A stretch of 64,000 nucleotides of DNA from Octopus vulgaris (lineage: Eukaryota): NCBI GenBank assembly GCA_951406725.2, contig OX597815.1, positions 69,688,001 through 69,752,000 of the forward strand. The letters run 5' to 3'. Numbering within the stretch: position 1 is the first letter of the stretch; each line of letters starts with the position of its first letter. Shown piece by piece: positions 28,530 through 41,428 of the stretch. Under the pieces are notes generated by a model that was not told where the DNA came from, made no database searches, and saw only the letters and a program-made list of their open reading frames with translations. The translations under genes were made by a program, and so were the position numbers.

Positions 28530-29551
28530 CATACATACATGCACATATACACATATTACATATACACACATTTGCATGCAGATGACGACATATCTATGCG
28601 TGAACACCAGTTGAAACCTATATGATGGTTACCATGGTAATAAAATTGCAGAAAGAATCGATAATTTTATGCTATATACCTCAAAACATTGGTGAAGATA
28701 TCTATAATAGTATTGCTTTCTTCCTTTTCTTAATTTACTTCCTTCTTCTTCTTCTTCTTCTTCTTCTTCTTCTTCTTCTTCTTCTTCTTCTTCTTCTTCT
28801 TCTTCTTCTTCTTCTTCTTCTTCTTCTTCTTCTCCTCCTCCTTTTCTTCTTCTTCTTCTTCTTCTTCTTCTTCTTCTTCTTCTATTCTTCTCCTCTTCTC
28901 CCTTCTTCTTCTTCTTCTTCTTCTTCTTCTTCTTCTTCTTCTTCTTCTTCTTCTTCTTCTTCTTCTTCTTCTTCTTCTTCTATTCTTTCTCCTCTTTCCC
29001 CTCTTCTTCTTCTTCTTCTTCTTCTTCTTCTTTATTCTTAACCACAACCCCTGCCACCACTAATCACCACAACCGTCACCACACCACCACTTCCACCCCC
29101 CCACCACCACCACTGGTTTTGCAATTTCTCATCGTAATGTCGTCCCAAAGTCCCCGTGTGGTGAATAAGGAAGTTATTATCATTATTAATACTAATAATG
29201 TGACTATATGTCGTCGTATTTTCAACAGCTTTATGCAAGTTTCTGCAGTATTCCAAGGTGTATAACGCTATTATCTTTTGAGGTGTATAACGCTATTATC
29301 TCTTCTATTACTGCATCTGCTTTTGTTGTTTCCTGTGATACTTTGGTGTTTTGTCTATATGTTGTGTGGGTTATGCTCTGTGAGTGTGTGTTGTATTATT
29401 TTGTTGGTTGGTGAGTGTGTTATGTCGGGTGGTGATTATGTACAGTAGGTGTTGTACGGGTTTGTGGTATGTGTTGTAGCGTCGGGTGGTGATTGTGTAG
29501 TATATGTATTGAGTGTTGCGTATATAACTGAGTGGTAATTACATAGAATAA

Positions 29552-30131
29552 GGCGGCGAGCTAGCAGAAACGCTAGCACGCCCAGTGAAATGCTTAGCGG
29601 TATTTCGTCTGCCGCTACGTTCTGAGTTCAAATTCTGCCGAGGTCGATTCATCCTTTCGAGGTCGATTAAATAAGTACTAGTTACGATATAATCGACTTA
29701 ATCCGTCTGTATGTCCTTATTTGTCTCCTCTGTGTTTAGCCCCTTGTGGGTAGTAAAGAAATAGGTATTTCGTCTGCCGTTACGTTCTGAGTTCAAATTC
29801 CGCCGAGGTCGACTTTGCCTTTCATCCTTTCGGGGTCGATAAATTAAGTACCAGTTAAGCACTGGGGCCGATGTAATCGACTTAATCTGTTTGTCTGTCC
29901 TTGTTTGTCCTCTCTGTGTTTAGACCCTTGTGGGTAGTAAAGAAATAGGTATTTCGTCTGCCGTTACGTTCTGAGTTCAAATTCCGCCGAGGTCGACTTT
30001 GTCTTTCATCCTTTCGAGGTTGATAAATTAAGTACCAGTTACGCACTGGGATCGATGTAATCGACTTAATCCCTTTGTCTGTTCTTGTTTGTCACTTCTA
30101 TGTGTAGCCCCTTGTGGACAATAAAGAAATA
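29552..30131 (+). mobile_element. SINE family A tandem multimer: one head plus three body units starting at 29599, 29764 and 29948
   Basis: Each unit restarts at ggtatttcgtctgccg and ends at aaagaaata; B box gagttcaaattc is in every unit, the A-box region only in the head. Confidence 0.92.
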
Positions 30132-30189
30132 AGAATATGGTTTGCTGTTTTTGTTGTTGCTGTCGCTGCTGCTGCTGTTGTTGTTGTTA

Positions 30190-30960
30190 TAGTATCGGAT
30201 ATTTGTCATAGTATTATGTAAGAACATGTGTTTTGTTATCGTACTGGATGGTAGTTGTGTGGAGAATGCGCCGTGTGGCGCTCAGTTGTTTGCGGTGTGA
30301 TTCTGTGAAATATACGTCGAGTGAGTTGTGTTATTTCATTGAAGCTGAGTGTTTAGGGCATGTATTGTGACCAGAGATTTTACTCATTGAGTTGTGCATT
30401 TGAATTAAAAGTTAATGAGCTGTGCTTAGTAAGGTTACGTTTTGGATTATATAGAATTGTGAGCCTTCGTATGATTTCTGTATCTGGGGTCATGTTATTA
30501 TTTGTCCTGTTTATGCGTTCGAATCCCATACTTTGTTTCAGTTGCAAGATCGTTGTACTTAGGTTTTCGGAAGGTATTGCAATGTCATTAAGTATAGATC
30601 TCCTCTTTTTCTTGTCCTTGAAAGCGGTGTCAAGCTTATTATTTTTTATCTCTCTGTCAGTGTGGGTGCGCATATTCCAGAGGATAGTGTTCTCATTGAT
30701 CTCAGTGACCAATTTTGACTCATGTTCCTACCGTTTCTCAGTTGTTTTCATTTTATAACTCCTGCATATTTTCCTTTGTACTCACGCCGCTGCTTTGGTA
30801 TGTCTGTGAAATCTAGTTGGTCTTTGCTAGTTCCAACTATTTATAGACAATGTAATTGATGATTCCTTCATATTGTCCACAGATCCTGCATTGTGGATCT
30901 GTTCCATCCTTGATGATGCGATGGTGTGAAACACACATCTTCTGCAGTGATTTTTAGACC
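30190..30960 (-). mobile_element. Highly decayed R4/Dong-like LINE 3' fragment (RLE region) ending in (AAC/AGC)n
   Basis: ORF 30380-30712 ENTILWNMRTHTDREIKNNKLD...NDIAIP aligns with VTILWDFPVHTDRTIKANKPD...IDMSIP of ORF 51971-53884. Confidence 0.75.
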
Positions 30961-30989
30961 TTCTGTCTCTACATTCAATCCGGTGTTCT

Positions 30990-31120
<131 letters not shown>

Positions 31121-31193
31121 TGTAGCAGTAGTGGTGGTGTTGGTGGTGTTGATGGTGGTGGTGGTGGGGGTAGTAGTAGTAGTAGTAATAGTG

Positions 31194-31233
<40 letters not shown>

Positions 31234-31970
31234 GTGAACTGGGAAACTCGTTAGAGCGTTGGACAAAATACTCTACGGCATTTCTTCTGGCACTTTACCG
31301 TATGAGTTCAAATTCCGCTGAGGTCAACTTCATCTTTCATTTCTTCCGTGGTCGATAACATAATGTACAAATCAAAGTAATGGATTCGATGTGATATTAC
31401 TATGAAACATCCAACGTGTGTATGGAATTATAGAAAACAAATCAAGACAAAAGGTCTACACTCCGCCCTCCCACTTTGTAGTATTGGTTATAAGAGATCA
31501 ATATATTAATGGCATTTTGTCAAAGCAATCAGGTGAAACTACAAATCGATATACTATATCGGTTTCAGTTCGCAGTTGGAGACATCAACACTATCATGTG
31601 TCTGTGATTAGGACACGTAAATTCTCAATAGTCACTTGTTCGCCATCTTGTAATTCACCGGAGGTTGAAGTTGTTTCCCTTCAACATTAAATTCACTTGT
31701 AGTGTAGAGCTCAGCTCCTTCTATATAAACAGGGTTTGTGTAGTGCAAAGGCCAGATTAAATAGCTATCTAGAATTTGCTCTCAGTCGCTCCATTTGTTA
31801 AGGTGGCACTAATCACAACCAAAGACACCATTGTCATAGTGTCGAATAAATTGCGAGATAATCTGTACGAAACTGAAATATTATCAGTGGTGATGAGCGC
31901 ACGAATTAAGCAGCTGTGTACATGTGAATATATATGTTTATTATATATATACATATAAATATATATGTAT

Positions 31971-32105
<135 letters not shown>

Positions 32106-32125
32106 GAACTTTAGGTTAGTTAATA

Positions 32126-32314
32126 TGTTTGTGACATATTTCAACTTCTAAAGGCAAATTCACAGCAGTTACAGTGAAGAAAAAAATCTTTTATGGTAAA
32201 AAGGTGTAAAAACACCATATCTGTGAATTTACTCCTTTTTACCATAAGAAAGAATTTTTACTCCACGGTAGCTGCATTGAATTTACCTTTATAAGATGAA
32301 ATATGTGACAAACA
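32126..32314. mobile_element. Palindromic fold-back (MITE-like) element with ~85-bp imperfect arms
   Basis: tgtttgtgacatatttca...ttatggtaaaaaggtgtaaa pairs with tttactcctttttaccataa...tgaaatatgtgacaaaca around a 17-nt spacer. Confidence 0.6.
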
Positions 32315-32388
32315 CATGCACACGCTCACATCATACTCATGCGCAAGTTCGCTTGTACCTAAACACAGGTTGGCGCTGCTGCTGGTCT

Positions 32389-32441
<53 letters not shown>

Positions 32442-32504
32442 TTATGTATGCATGTATGTAAGTAATACGTACACACACGCACACATACATATATGTATAT
32501 GGTG

Positions 32505-32690
32505 ATATATAAATGGAACTAAATTGTTCAAAACGGAGGCAAAACAGAAAAAATGAATTAGTTTGACGCTCAGGAAAAATGGAAGCGTCTTTGACGTTTC
32601 GGGCGTACGCCTTTCTATAGAAAGGAATAAAGAAAGAAAACATGAAAAGAGAGAAAAAACAGAAAGAGATACAAAAAGCGTGTCTAGATG
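32505..32690 (-). repeat. Second copy of the short hammerhead-bearing repeat (motif at 32589-32625)
   Basis: Minus strand: ccttt-CTATAGA-a-a-ggc-gtac-gcc-c-GAAA-cg-TC-aaag; core decayed, GUC triplet; flanks align with 13500-13640. Confidence 0.7.
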
Positions 32691-33128
32691 AACGTTTTCA
32701 CATGTTGCATTGACCGGAAGTAAGCTACCTAAGCTACCTAAAGGGTGTGTGTATGAAGGCAGTGTGTGCGTGTGTATATGTATGTATGGGCGAACGCGTA
32801 TGTGTGTGTGTAGACAAACATGCACATGCGTATGATGGGAGCGTGTGTATGTGTATGTATGTGAGTACGATCTATGTGGAACGATGTGTGTGTGCGTGTG
32901 TGAGGATGTGTGTATACATATGAGAGTGTGTAAAGCTGTCTAACGTATAAGTCTAACGTGTATGAGGTTATCAGTTGTGTGTGTGTGTGTGTGCAAACAC
33001 ATGTGTGTTGCAGCTAATATGTGCGTGTATACTTTGTGCGACTAGTGTGGGAGCGAATGTGTGTGTTTGTGCTTAGAGTATTTGTGTGATACTGTTGTGT
33101 CTGCGTTGTGCGTTTTTGCGCGCGCGCG

Positions 33129-33174
<46 letters not shown>

Positions 33175-33239
33175 CAGAGAGAGAGAGAGGAGATTGATAC
33201 ATAGATATGCATACATGCAGACATACATTCATTTGTACA

Positions 33240-34960
33240 TACATGGTGGTTGTCTACTCCTTATACAGAGTTTTACCACCTCCTGTTTTACCACACCTTA
33301 GCACCATCATGGCGTCTGATATGACTTTTTAAACCAGACAATGCTCTGAAAAGACACCCACATAGATTGCACCTCTGATTTGGACCACCAATACCTGCAG
33401 GTGAGTTCTGTTCTTTGTGGATCTTAACATGTCTTTTGAGGCCTCCGTTGGATTTGCAAACCTTCAGGCATACACTGCAATTAAAGGTGTGCAAAGACAT
33501 ATAGTCAGAATAGTTGGTGGAAGTTCGTTTTCCATGTGTTCACAGATGAAGTTTGAGGCCAGCCAAAGACAAACATGGTCTGTCACAGACTGTGCACACA
33601 AAAAGTTCATTGTCATTCACCTTCTCGATCGTTACATTCTTCCTTAGATCTCTTTTGAGTCTTACGTTATCCTGGCCTCTTCAAATGCTTTTACTCCACT
33701 CCACACCTTTGGACACCATCCAACTCGATCCGAAGCAAGAGTTTCTATATCTTCTGGAACCATTCCAAGTGACTTCATAGTAGTCCATATGCCATCCTTA
33801 AGCCTTTTTTTAGGTTTATGCCGATGGCATTTCCGCTCTGCAAGCTCACCATAAAACAGCTGTTTCGGCATGCGTTCATCTACCATTCGAACAATATGAC
33901 CACACCTTCTCGATTGGTTCCTCAAAATCATAGCTTTAATTGAGGTGATGCCTGCAGAAGCACGGACATCTGTGTTTGGAGTAAAAGAACTCCATTAAAT
34001 TTTTAAAATGCGATGAAGGCATTTTTGATGGAATTGTTCTAACAGTTTAAAATGCCTTTCCTAACAAGTCCAGGTTTCACAGGAATACAACAGGGATGGT
34101 AAGACAAATGATTTGTAAAGAGCCAGCTTTGTATTCATATTTATATGTCGCTGGCACCAAACGAATGACTCCAAGCCATCAAATGCTTTTGCTGCCTTTG
34201 AATTTGCAGCTGTATTTCTGTACCAAGATTTCCATCATTTTGAACAGAGCTTCCAAGGTAGACGAACGAATCGACAACCTCAAGTAACTTTCCCTTAAAA
34301 TTTTTAGTAGGGTTACTAACAGCACCACACGCAGGTTGATGCATTACAACTGTTTTTTCTTTCAAGTTGATGGTCAAGCCCAACTCATCACAAGCTGAGT
34401 CAAATGCAGATACAAGAGTTTGCAGACTTGTTTCAGAATGACTGACAATATCGTAATCGTCAGCATACAAAAGTTCCTTAATGAGTGGAGTAAAAACCTT
34501 CGCTTTAAATTTCAGTATGGTCAGATTAAAAACATTCCTGTTGTTCGATATTTTATGTAAATGCCCTCCTCAGAGTTTTAAAAAACATGTGTCAACACAA
34601 CAGCAAAGTATATTGCAAAGAGGGTGGGTGCATCAAGGTCTTCTTGCTTTACTTCATTTTCCACAGCAAAAGATTCAGAGAGCCTACCACCAAAATTAAC
34701 TCTAGCTTGATGCAAAGCCCTGGCCATGTTTACAAATTTTTCTGGGCAACCTATTTTCCTTAGAATTAGCCACAGAGCATTTCCATTAACAGTATTGAAT
34801 GTTTTGCTCAGATCAACAAAGCAATGGTATAGAGCAAGATTCTGTTCAATGCACTTTGCTTGTAATTGTCTGACAGTAAAGATACAATCAGCTGTGTTCC
34901 TGGAGGAACGAAAACCACACAGAGACTCAGATACTATATTTGGAACTATAAAAACATTTT
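33240..34960 (-). mobile_element. 3' half of an RTE-clade LINE (RT core, C-terminal region, three C2H2 fingers, (ATGT)n tail), pseudogenised
   Basis: Minus strand: VPNIVSESLCGFRSSRNTADCIFTVRQLQ, FVDLSKTF, LLYADD (ORF 34141-34470), GHIVRMVDERMPKQLFYGEL (33662-33931), CSVCLKVCKSNGGLKRHVKIH and CNLCGCLFRALSGLKSHIRRH (33288-33500). Confidence 0.93.
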
Positions 34961-36935
34961 TTTCTTCTATGAATGAGCTACTCCGCGTCGGTTACCAGAG
35001 TGATATTTGATCCCTTTATAGAGTATCTGAATGTCGATTTGGTGTCTGGAATGGGAGTGTCGGTTTGGTGTCTGGAATGGGCATGTAGAAGCTCTTTAAC
35101 CTTAGTTGGTAATCTACCTAGCAGAAGGAAATCTCCGAAATAAAACCTGAGGCCTTGGAAGTTCCTGGTTTTGTCAATTTTCATGTCACACCGGCGAAAG
35201 TCTTCTTGGACCAATTGGTAGGGGTAATGCAGTGCAAGCTACACCCACTGAAAATTATTCATCTGCACAGGTTGATAGAATGTGCGTACACTTCTTGATG
35301 ATAATTTCAACAACAGGCCAGAAAGGCGTACTGCACTTATTGCATGTGAGCTCAAGAAATATTCCCTTGATATAGTTGCGCTCTCTGAAACTCATCTCTC
35401 TGGTGAGGGTCAAGTAAATGAACCTACTTATGGTTATACTATATTTTGGAGAGGCCTACCTTAAGGGTCAGCGTAGAGAATCTGGTGTTGGATTTACTCT
35501 CAAGAATACATTAGTATCCTCCATTGCAGGGCTTCCAAGTAGTATATCTGAATGAATCATGTCATGCTGTATTAAACTAACAAAAGGTAGGTTTCTTACC
35601 GTTGTCAGTATTTATGCACCAACAATGTCCTATTCAGGAAATTACCAATTTCTGACAAGCTGGTCATATTGGGAGATTTCAATGCAGGAGATGGAAAGGA
35701 CTATGGCCTGTTTTAGGTCGACATGGGATTGGAAAATGCAATAAAAATGGAGTAGCTCTTTTGACGTTTTATACTGAGAATAATCTAATCTGGTTGTCGT
35801 CAACACTCTGAAAAATAAATATAGAACCACCTAGATGCAACCAAGATCTAAGCATTGGTATCTCATAGATTATATTCTGATCAGAAAACATGATATAAAA
35901 GGTGTTTCTAGCGTTCGGCCCATGAGAGGGGCAGAGAGCTGGACTGACCACCATCTAGTCCGTGGAAAAATAGATTTTTCGATAATGCCTAAAAATCAAC
36001 AGTCTGTTCCTAAGGTACCCAAAAAGTTGAATGTTGCAAACTTTAAATTATCAAGTAACTCGCAAAGATTCCACGAAGCTATAGAAAGTATCAATCTTGA
36101 CCCAAACAATCTATGGGAAGATTTCAAAACAAAAATATTTCAGGCTGCAAGTTCGTCAGTGGGATTTAAATCCCATAAATCCAGTGACTTGTTCTCAGAT
36201 AGATCAGCAGAAATTCATGATCTACTTTTAGAAAAACAAAATTTAGGCAATACACTTCTTTCTCAGTCCTTGAATCCCAACTCAAACGAAACTTACAGAA
36301 AGCTGAAAAGGAAAGTGCTCTAAGGAAAATTAAACAGGAATGGTGGAATGATAGAAAAAAAGGGGCACAAGAAGCAGCTGAAAGCAATGATGCCAAGGGT
36401 TTGTACTCTTATGTTAAGGAGGTATATGGCCCCAAATCTTCCTCAATAGCTCCAGTGAGAACAGCAAATGGACGTTTTCTTCTGACTGACACTGCTTCTA
36501 TTCTTAAGCGTTGGATAGAACATTTTTCTACACTTTTGAATAGATCATCATCCACTGACATGAGGACGATAGAAAAAAATCGAACACCTTCCAGTTATAG
36601 AAGAAATGGCATTTGAATCAACTCTAAATGACATTTATTTATCTGTGAATAAGCTGAATAACAATAAGTCTCCAGGATCTGATGAAATCTGTGCAGAAGT
36701 CTTGAAATATGGGGGTGACAAAATGTTTGAACTCTTAAGTATATTAATTTGTCACTGTTGAAGAACTGAGAAAGTGTCGCAAGACTGGATTGATGCCATT
36801 TTAGTCTCCTTGTATAAATCGAGGTCAAAGGATCTGTGTGGTAATTTTCGTGGGATTTCGCTTTTGTCTGTGGTTGGAAAGGTACTTGCCCGCATTTTGT
36901 CAAAACGTTTAAATACCTTTGTAGTTCCAAATATA
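34961..36935 (+). mobile_element. 5' half of the same RTE LINE (putative 5'UTR, APE endonuclease, RT start), inverted relative to the 3' half
   Basis: NVRTLLD..RPERRTALIACELKKYSLDIVALSET (35282-35464), HWYLIDYIL..WTDHHLV (35835-36323), DWIDAILVSLYK..CGNFRGISLLSVVGKVLARILSKRLNTFVVPNI (36774-36935). Confidence 0.93.
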
Positions 36936-36937
36936 TA

Positions 36938-37140
36938 TGTCAGGACGTTCTTGAGTGCTACTGGTAACATGTAATCCAGTACAACCTGTCGCATAGTCGG
37001 GTCGTCGGCCACTAAACTGGCAACCCCACCAGGCTTGCTTGGTGAGGAGGGTCCTTTTGGACACCCAGCGGGATGAAAAATAAGACCTGTCAAAGGGCGG
37101 ATGAACTCCTGAACAGTCAACGACCATCCAACAAAATGTC
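36938..37140 (+). repeat. GC-richer structured segment, probably the 5'UTR of a retroelement
   Basis: Non-repetitive, higher GC than the flanks, with several hairpins (actgg/ccagt; caccagg/cttggtg); the family assignment is a guess. Confidence 0.35.
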
Positions 37141-37434
37141 TGTAAATATGTATATAGCTTTTCTTCTTTATGTGTATATATGTATAATTTTACTTTATAT
37201 ATATATTTATCTTTTAATTGCATATCTTTTACTTTTCTTTATACAATATTATTTATATGTAATTCTTATTAACACATCCTACCCTTTATATATATATATA
37301 TATATATCGAAATTACTACGATGATCCGGTTCTTGACTGAAGACTGAGGGTTTCGAATGTCCTGTCCGTGTTTATTGTATCGTCTTCTAAGAGTTATACG
37401 TTCTTGTCCATGTTGTATTTTTCTACATACCTTA

Positions 37435-37496
<62 letters not shown>

Positions 37497-37665
37497 ATTT
37501 TTACTTTTATATATATATATTTATATTTATTGCATAACTTTTTACTTTTTACTTTTTTATATTTATGTATAATTCTTATGTATATTTGCAAATCATATAT
37601 ATATACATACATATATACATGTATACATACATACATACATACATACATACATACATACATGCATA

Positions 37666-37710
<45 letters not shown>

Positions 37711-37916
37711 TTGCATGTTTGTTTCATTGTACACATTCTCTGATTGTTGTTTCGTGTCATATTTCTACACTTATTCTGGCAACTCTTATATTTGTTTAAC
37801 ATCATAGAATATTTATTTGTTGCCTCTTTGTCGCACATTCTTTCTTTTACTTGTATGTGTATGTGCGTGTGTCTGTATTTTTTCTATGTGTGTATGTATG
37901 TATGTATGTATGTATG

Positions 37917-38038
<122 letters not shown>

Positions 38039-38269
38039 ACTCTGTGTCTATCTATCTATTTATCTAACTAACTATCTATCTGTCTATCTATCTAGCAATC
38101 AATCTATCTATCTGCCTGTCTGGTCTGTCTGTTTGGTCTGTCTGTCTTTTTATCTATCTATTAATCTATGAATTATCTCCTCCCGCTTTATCTGCTTCTT
38201 TCTCCATTGCCTTTTTTTATATAGAGACTTTGCACCTCCTCTAAATTTATATTCATGATATATAGTCTT

Positions 38270-38930
38270 TAATTCTTTTATTCTTTTACTTGTTTCGGTC
38301 ATGTGAATGCGACCATGCTGGAACACCAGCATTTAGTTGAACATATCGACCCCAGGACTTATTTTTTTAAGCCTTGTAATTATTCTATCAGACTCTTTGG
38401 CCGAACCGCTAAGTTACCGGGGACATAAACACACAATACCTATTTCTTTATTACCCACAAGGGGCTAAACACAGAGGGGACAAACAAGGACAGACATAGG
38501 TATTAAGTCGATTACATCGACCCCAGGAGGTAACTGGTACTTAATTTATCGACCCCGAAAGGATGAAAGGCAAAGTCGACCTCGGCGGAATTTGAACTCA
38601 CAACGTAACGCAGACGAAATACCGCTAAGCATTTCGCCCGGCGTGCTAACGTTTCTGCCAGCTCGTCGCCTTTCATAAACACACTATACCGGTTGTCAAG
38701 CGGTGATGGGGAGACAAACAAAGACACAGTCACACACATAGATATAAATACACAATATATATACACGACGGGCTTCTTTCAGTTTCCGTCTACCAAATCC
38801 ACTCACAAGGCTTTGGTCGGCCCGTTGCTACAGCAGAATACACTTGTCCAATGTACCACGCAATGGGACTGAACCCAGAACCATGTGGTTGGGAAGCAAG
38901 GTTTTTACCATGCAGCCACGCCTGCACCTA
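38270..38930 (-). mobile_element. SINE family B (CORE-like) interrupted by a family A SINE
   Basis: Head ggtgcaggcgtggctgcatggtaa..ggttctgggttcagtccc at 38930-38860; core gggccgaccaaagccttgtgagtggatttggtagacggaaactgaaagaagcccgtcg; 3' end tgactgaaacaagtaaaaga-like near 38280. Confidence 0.9.
38440..38672 (-). mobile_element. Young SINE family A monomer with 16-bp TSD
   Basis: TSD cataaacacac(a/t)atac at 38424-38439 and 38674-38689. Confidence 0.92.
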
Positions 38931-39164
38931 TATAAGGGTGAGGTGGAGGAAAGACTTCGCTTTCTTTCAGAAATTAATTCATTTTTTTTTTCGCTCTCTC
39001 ACTCTTAATTTCATTTTATTTTATTTCACTTATATATTTGTTTTCCGTGGCTTTCATATTTCAAGCTATAAAATATTTTCAGCTTTTTTCTTTACTATTT
39101 TTCGCTCTCAATATTCGTGACTTTCTTTTTTGTGGCTTTTAGTCATTTATTTATAAATTTATCT

Positions 39165-39350
39165 TTTATTTGTTTCAGTCATTGGACCGCCATAAGGTAC
39201 CGACTTGAAGCGTTTAGTCGAAAAAATCGACCTCAGTACTTATTTTTTATACTTATTCTAGCGGGTTTTTTTTTATCTAACCGATTAAGTTAAAGGAACA
39301 CAAACAAACCAACACCAGTTGTTAAGCGGTGGTGGGAGACAAATACACAC
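39165..39350 (-). mobile_element. SINE family B 3' part; the matching 5' part probably lies at 40465-40620, split by nested family A insertions
   Basis: tgtttcagtcatt...ttagtcgaaaaaatcgacc...ccagttgttaagcggtggtgggagacaaa; head-side cagtttccgtcgaccaaattccctcacaaggc at 40470. Confidence 0.7.
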
Positions 39351-40014
39351 ACACACACACATACACTCACACATAAAACTATAAAAAAGCATTTCAGTAT
39401 TGAGTCAAAGCCTTTTGCATAAAAACTATCGAGGATTACCCAAATGTTTTCAATCCAATATTTACAAGTTAATTTTTTAATACTTTTATCTAAGACGTTG
39501 AGCTGGCAGAATCGTTAGCACTCCGGACAAAATGCTTAGCAGTATTTCGTCCGTCTTTACTTTCTAAATTCTAATTCCGCCGAGGTCGACATTTCCTTTC
39601 ATCCTTTCGGGGTCGTTAGAATAAGTACCAGTTGAGTACTGGCTGATTGTAATCGACTTAACCCCTACTCCGAAATTTCTGGATTGTGCTAAAATTAGAA
39701 ACTAAAATTTCAGGGCTTGTACTTATAGTAGAAAGGATCATTATTAGGGTGGCGAACTGGCAGAATCGTTAACACGCCAGACAAATGCTTCGCGACATTT
39801 CGTCCGTCTGAGTCCACATACCGCCGAGGTTGACTTGCCTTTTATCCTTTGGGGGTCGATAGAATAAATACCACTCGAATATGGGATAATTGTAATCGAC
39901 TAAGCCCCTTCCCCGAGATTTCTGAACTTGTGCCAAAATTTGAAGCTAATATTTATAGTTTTATCTACTTCAAGTTCTACCGTTTCGAAAAAAAAAAAAA
40001 GTCCAATCATTTCG

Positions 40015-40409
40015 GGGCTACACACAGAGGGGACAAACAAGGACAGACAAACGGATTAAGTCGATTATATCGACCCCAGTGCGTAACTGGTACTTATTTA
40101 ATTGACCCCGAAAAGATGAAAGGCAAAGTCGACCTCGGCGGAATTTGAACTCAGAACGTAGCGGCAGATGAAATACCTATTTCTTTATTACCCACAAGGG
40201 GCTAAACATAGAAGGGACAAACAAGGACAGACATAGGTATTAAGTTGATTACATCGACCCCAGTGCGTAACTGGTACTTAATTTATCGACCCCGAAAAGA
40301 TGAAAGGCAAAGTCGACCTCGGCGGAATTTGAACTCACGACGTAACGACAGATGAAATACCGCTAAGCATTTCGCCCGACGTGCTAACGATTCTGCCAGC
40401 TCGCCGCCT
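40015..40409 (-). mobile_element. SINE family A tandem dimer with 8-bp TSD
   Basis: Same unit junction (aaagaaata|ggtatttc) at about 40177; TSD tcatttcg at 40007-40014 and 40411-40418. Confidence 0.9.
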
Positions 40410-41378
40410 TTCATTTCGATAATTCTCTCGAAGTTTCTAAATTCCTATGGTATATTTATACTTACCCTCAGTTTCCGTCGACCAAATTCCCTCACAAGGC
40501 ACTGTCCAGTCAAGAGCTATTGTGGAATGACACTTACCCACGGTGTCTTGCAAAGGAACTAAACTCGAAACCTTGTGATTACAAAACGAGTTTGTTAACC
40601 ACACAGCTATGTCTGCATCAATTCATTAATTTTTAAGTTCATATTTTCCCTCTTTAGCTTCTACCTTTCCTAAATCTCTACCCATTTCTTCTCCTCTTTC
40701 TCTCTTACTTCTCCCTAAGCCTCTCGTTCCACTTAATATATCATTCGGCGTCGTTCCCTCTTTATTCAACTTCGCTTCATCGCTTTTCATTTGGGGTCCA
40801 TTTTAAAATTTAATTTTTCTTTAAAATCCTTGTTTTCCCTTTCCCTTTTTATCTCTCTTTTAAAATATTTTTCTTTTCCTTCCGTTCATTTCTTTCTTCT
40901 TTATATTTTCTCTTCATTTTTATTTTTTCGTGTTTGTTATTCATTTACCTTGTACTATTTTTCACCATTTTTATCATATTTTTTCTGTTTTCTTTTATCT
41001 CAATTCGTATTTTTCCAATTTCTTTTCGTTTGTTTTACCAACTTCTTCATCAGTTTCCTCTTTAAGATTTTTCATTCAATTTCTTCTTCTTCTCCATTTC
41101 TTTTCTCAATTAAAATTTTTTTGGAAAATTTCTTTGTCTTTTTCTCCTTCGCCGGACTTTCTTTCTTCCCTCATCCTCTCTTTCTTTCTTTTCCCTTCTC
41201 TATTTCACTCGTTTATACATATATACACACATCCAGGCACACACATATGCATATATATATATGCGTGTGTACCTACATATATGTATGTATGTATCTGTGT
41301 ATATATGTATATAGTTATCTGCGTATGTATATGTATGCATATCTATGTGTATATATATATATTCACACATATATATAC

Positions 41379-41428
<50 letters not shown>

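Noticed and set aside
29552-30131. CRISPR-like array or tRNA gene cluster
   Set aside because: Eukaryotic SINE body repeats with no unique spacers; the heads do not form complete cloverleaves
36960-37025. Canonical HDV-like ribozyme
   Set aside because: P3 loop would be only 3 nt and no P1/P1.1 could be built; kept only as a generic structured-RNA candidate
37308-37435. Hammerhead around CTGAAGA at about 37337
   Set aside because: No downstream GAAA and no convincing stems
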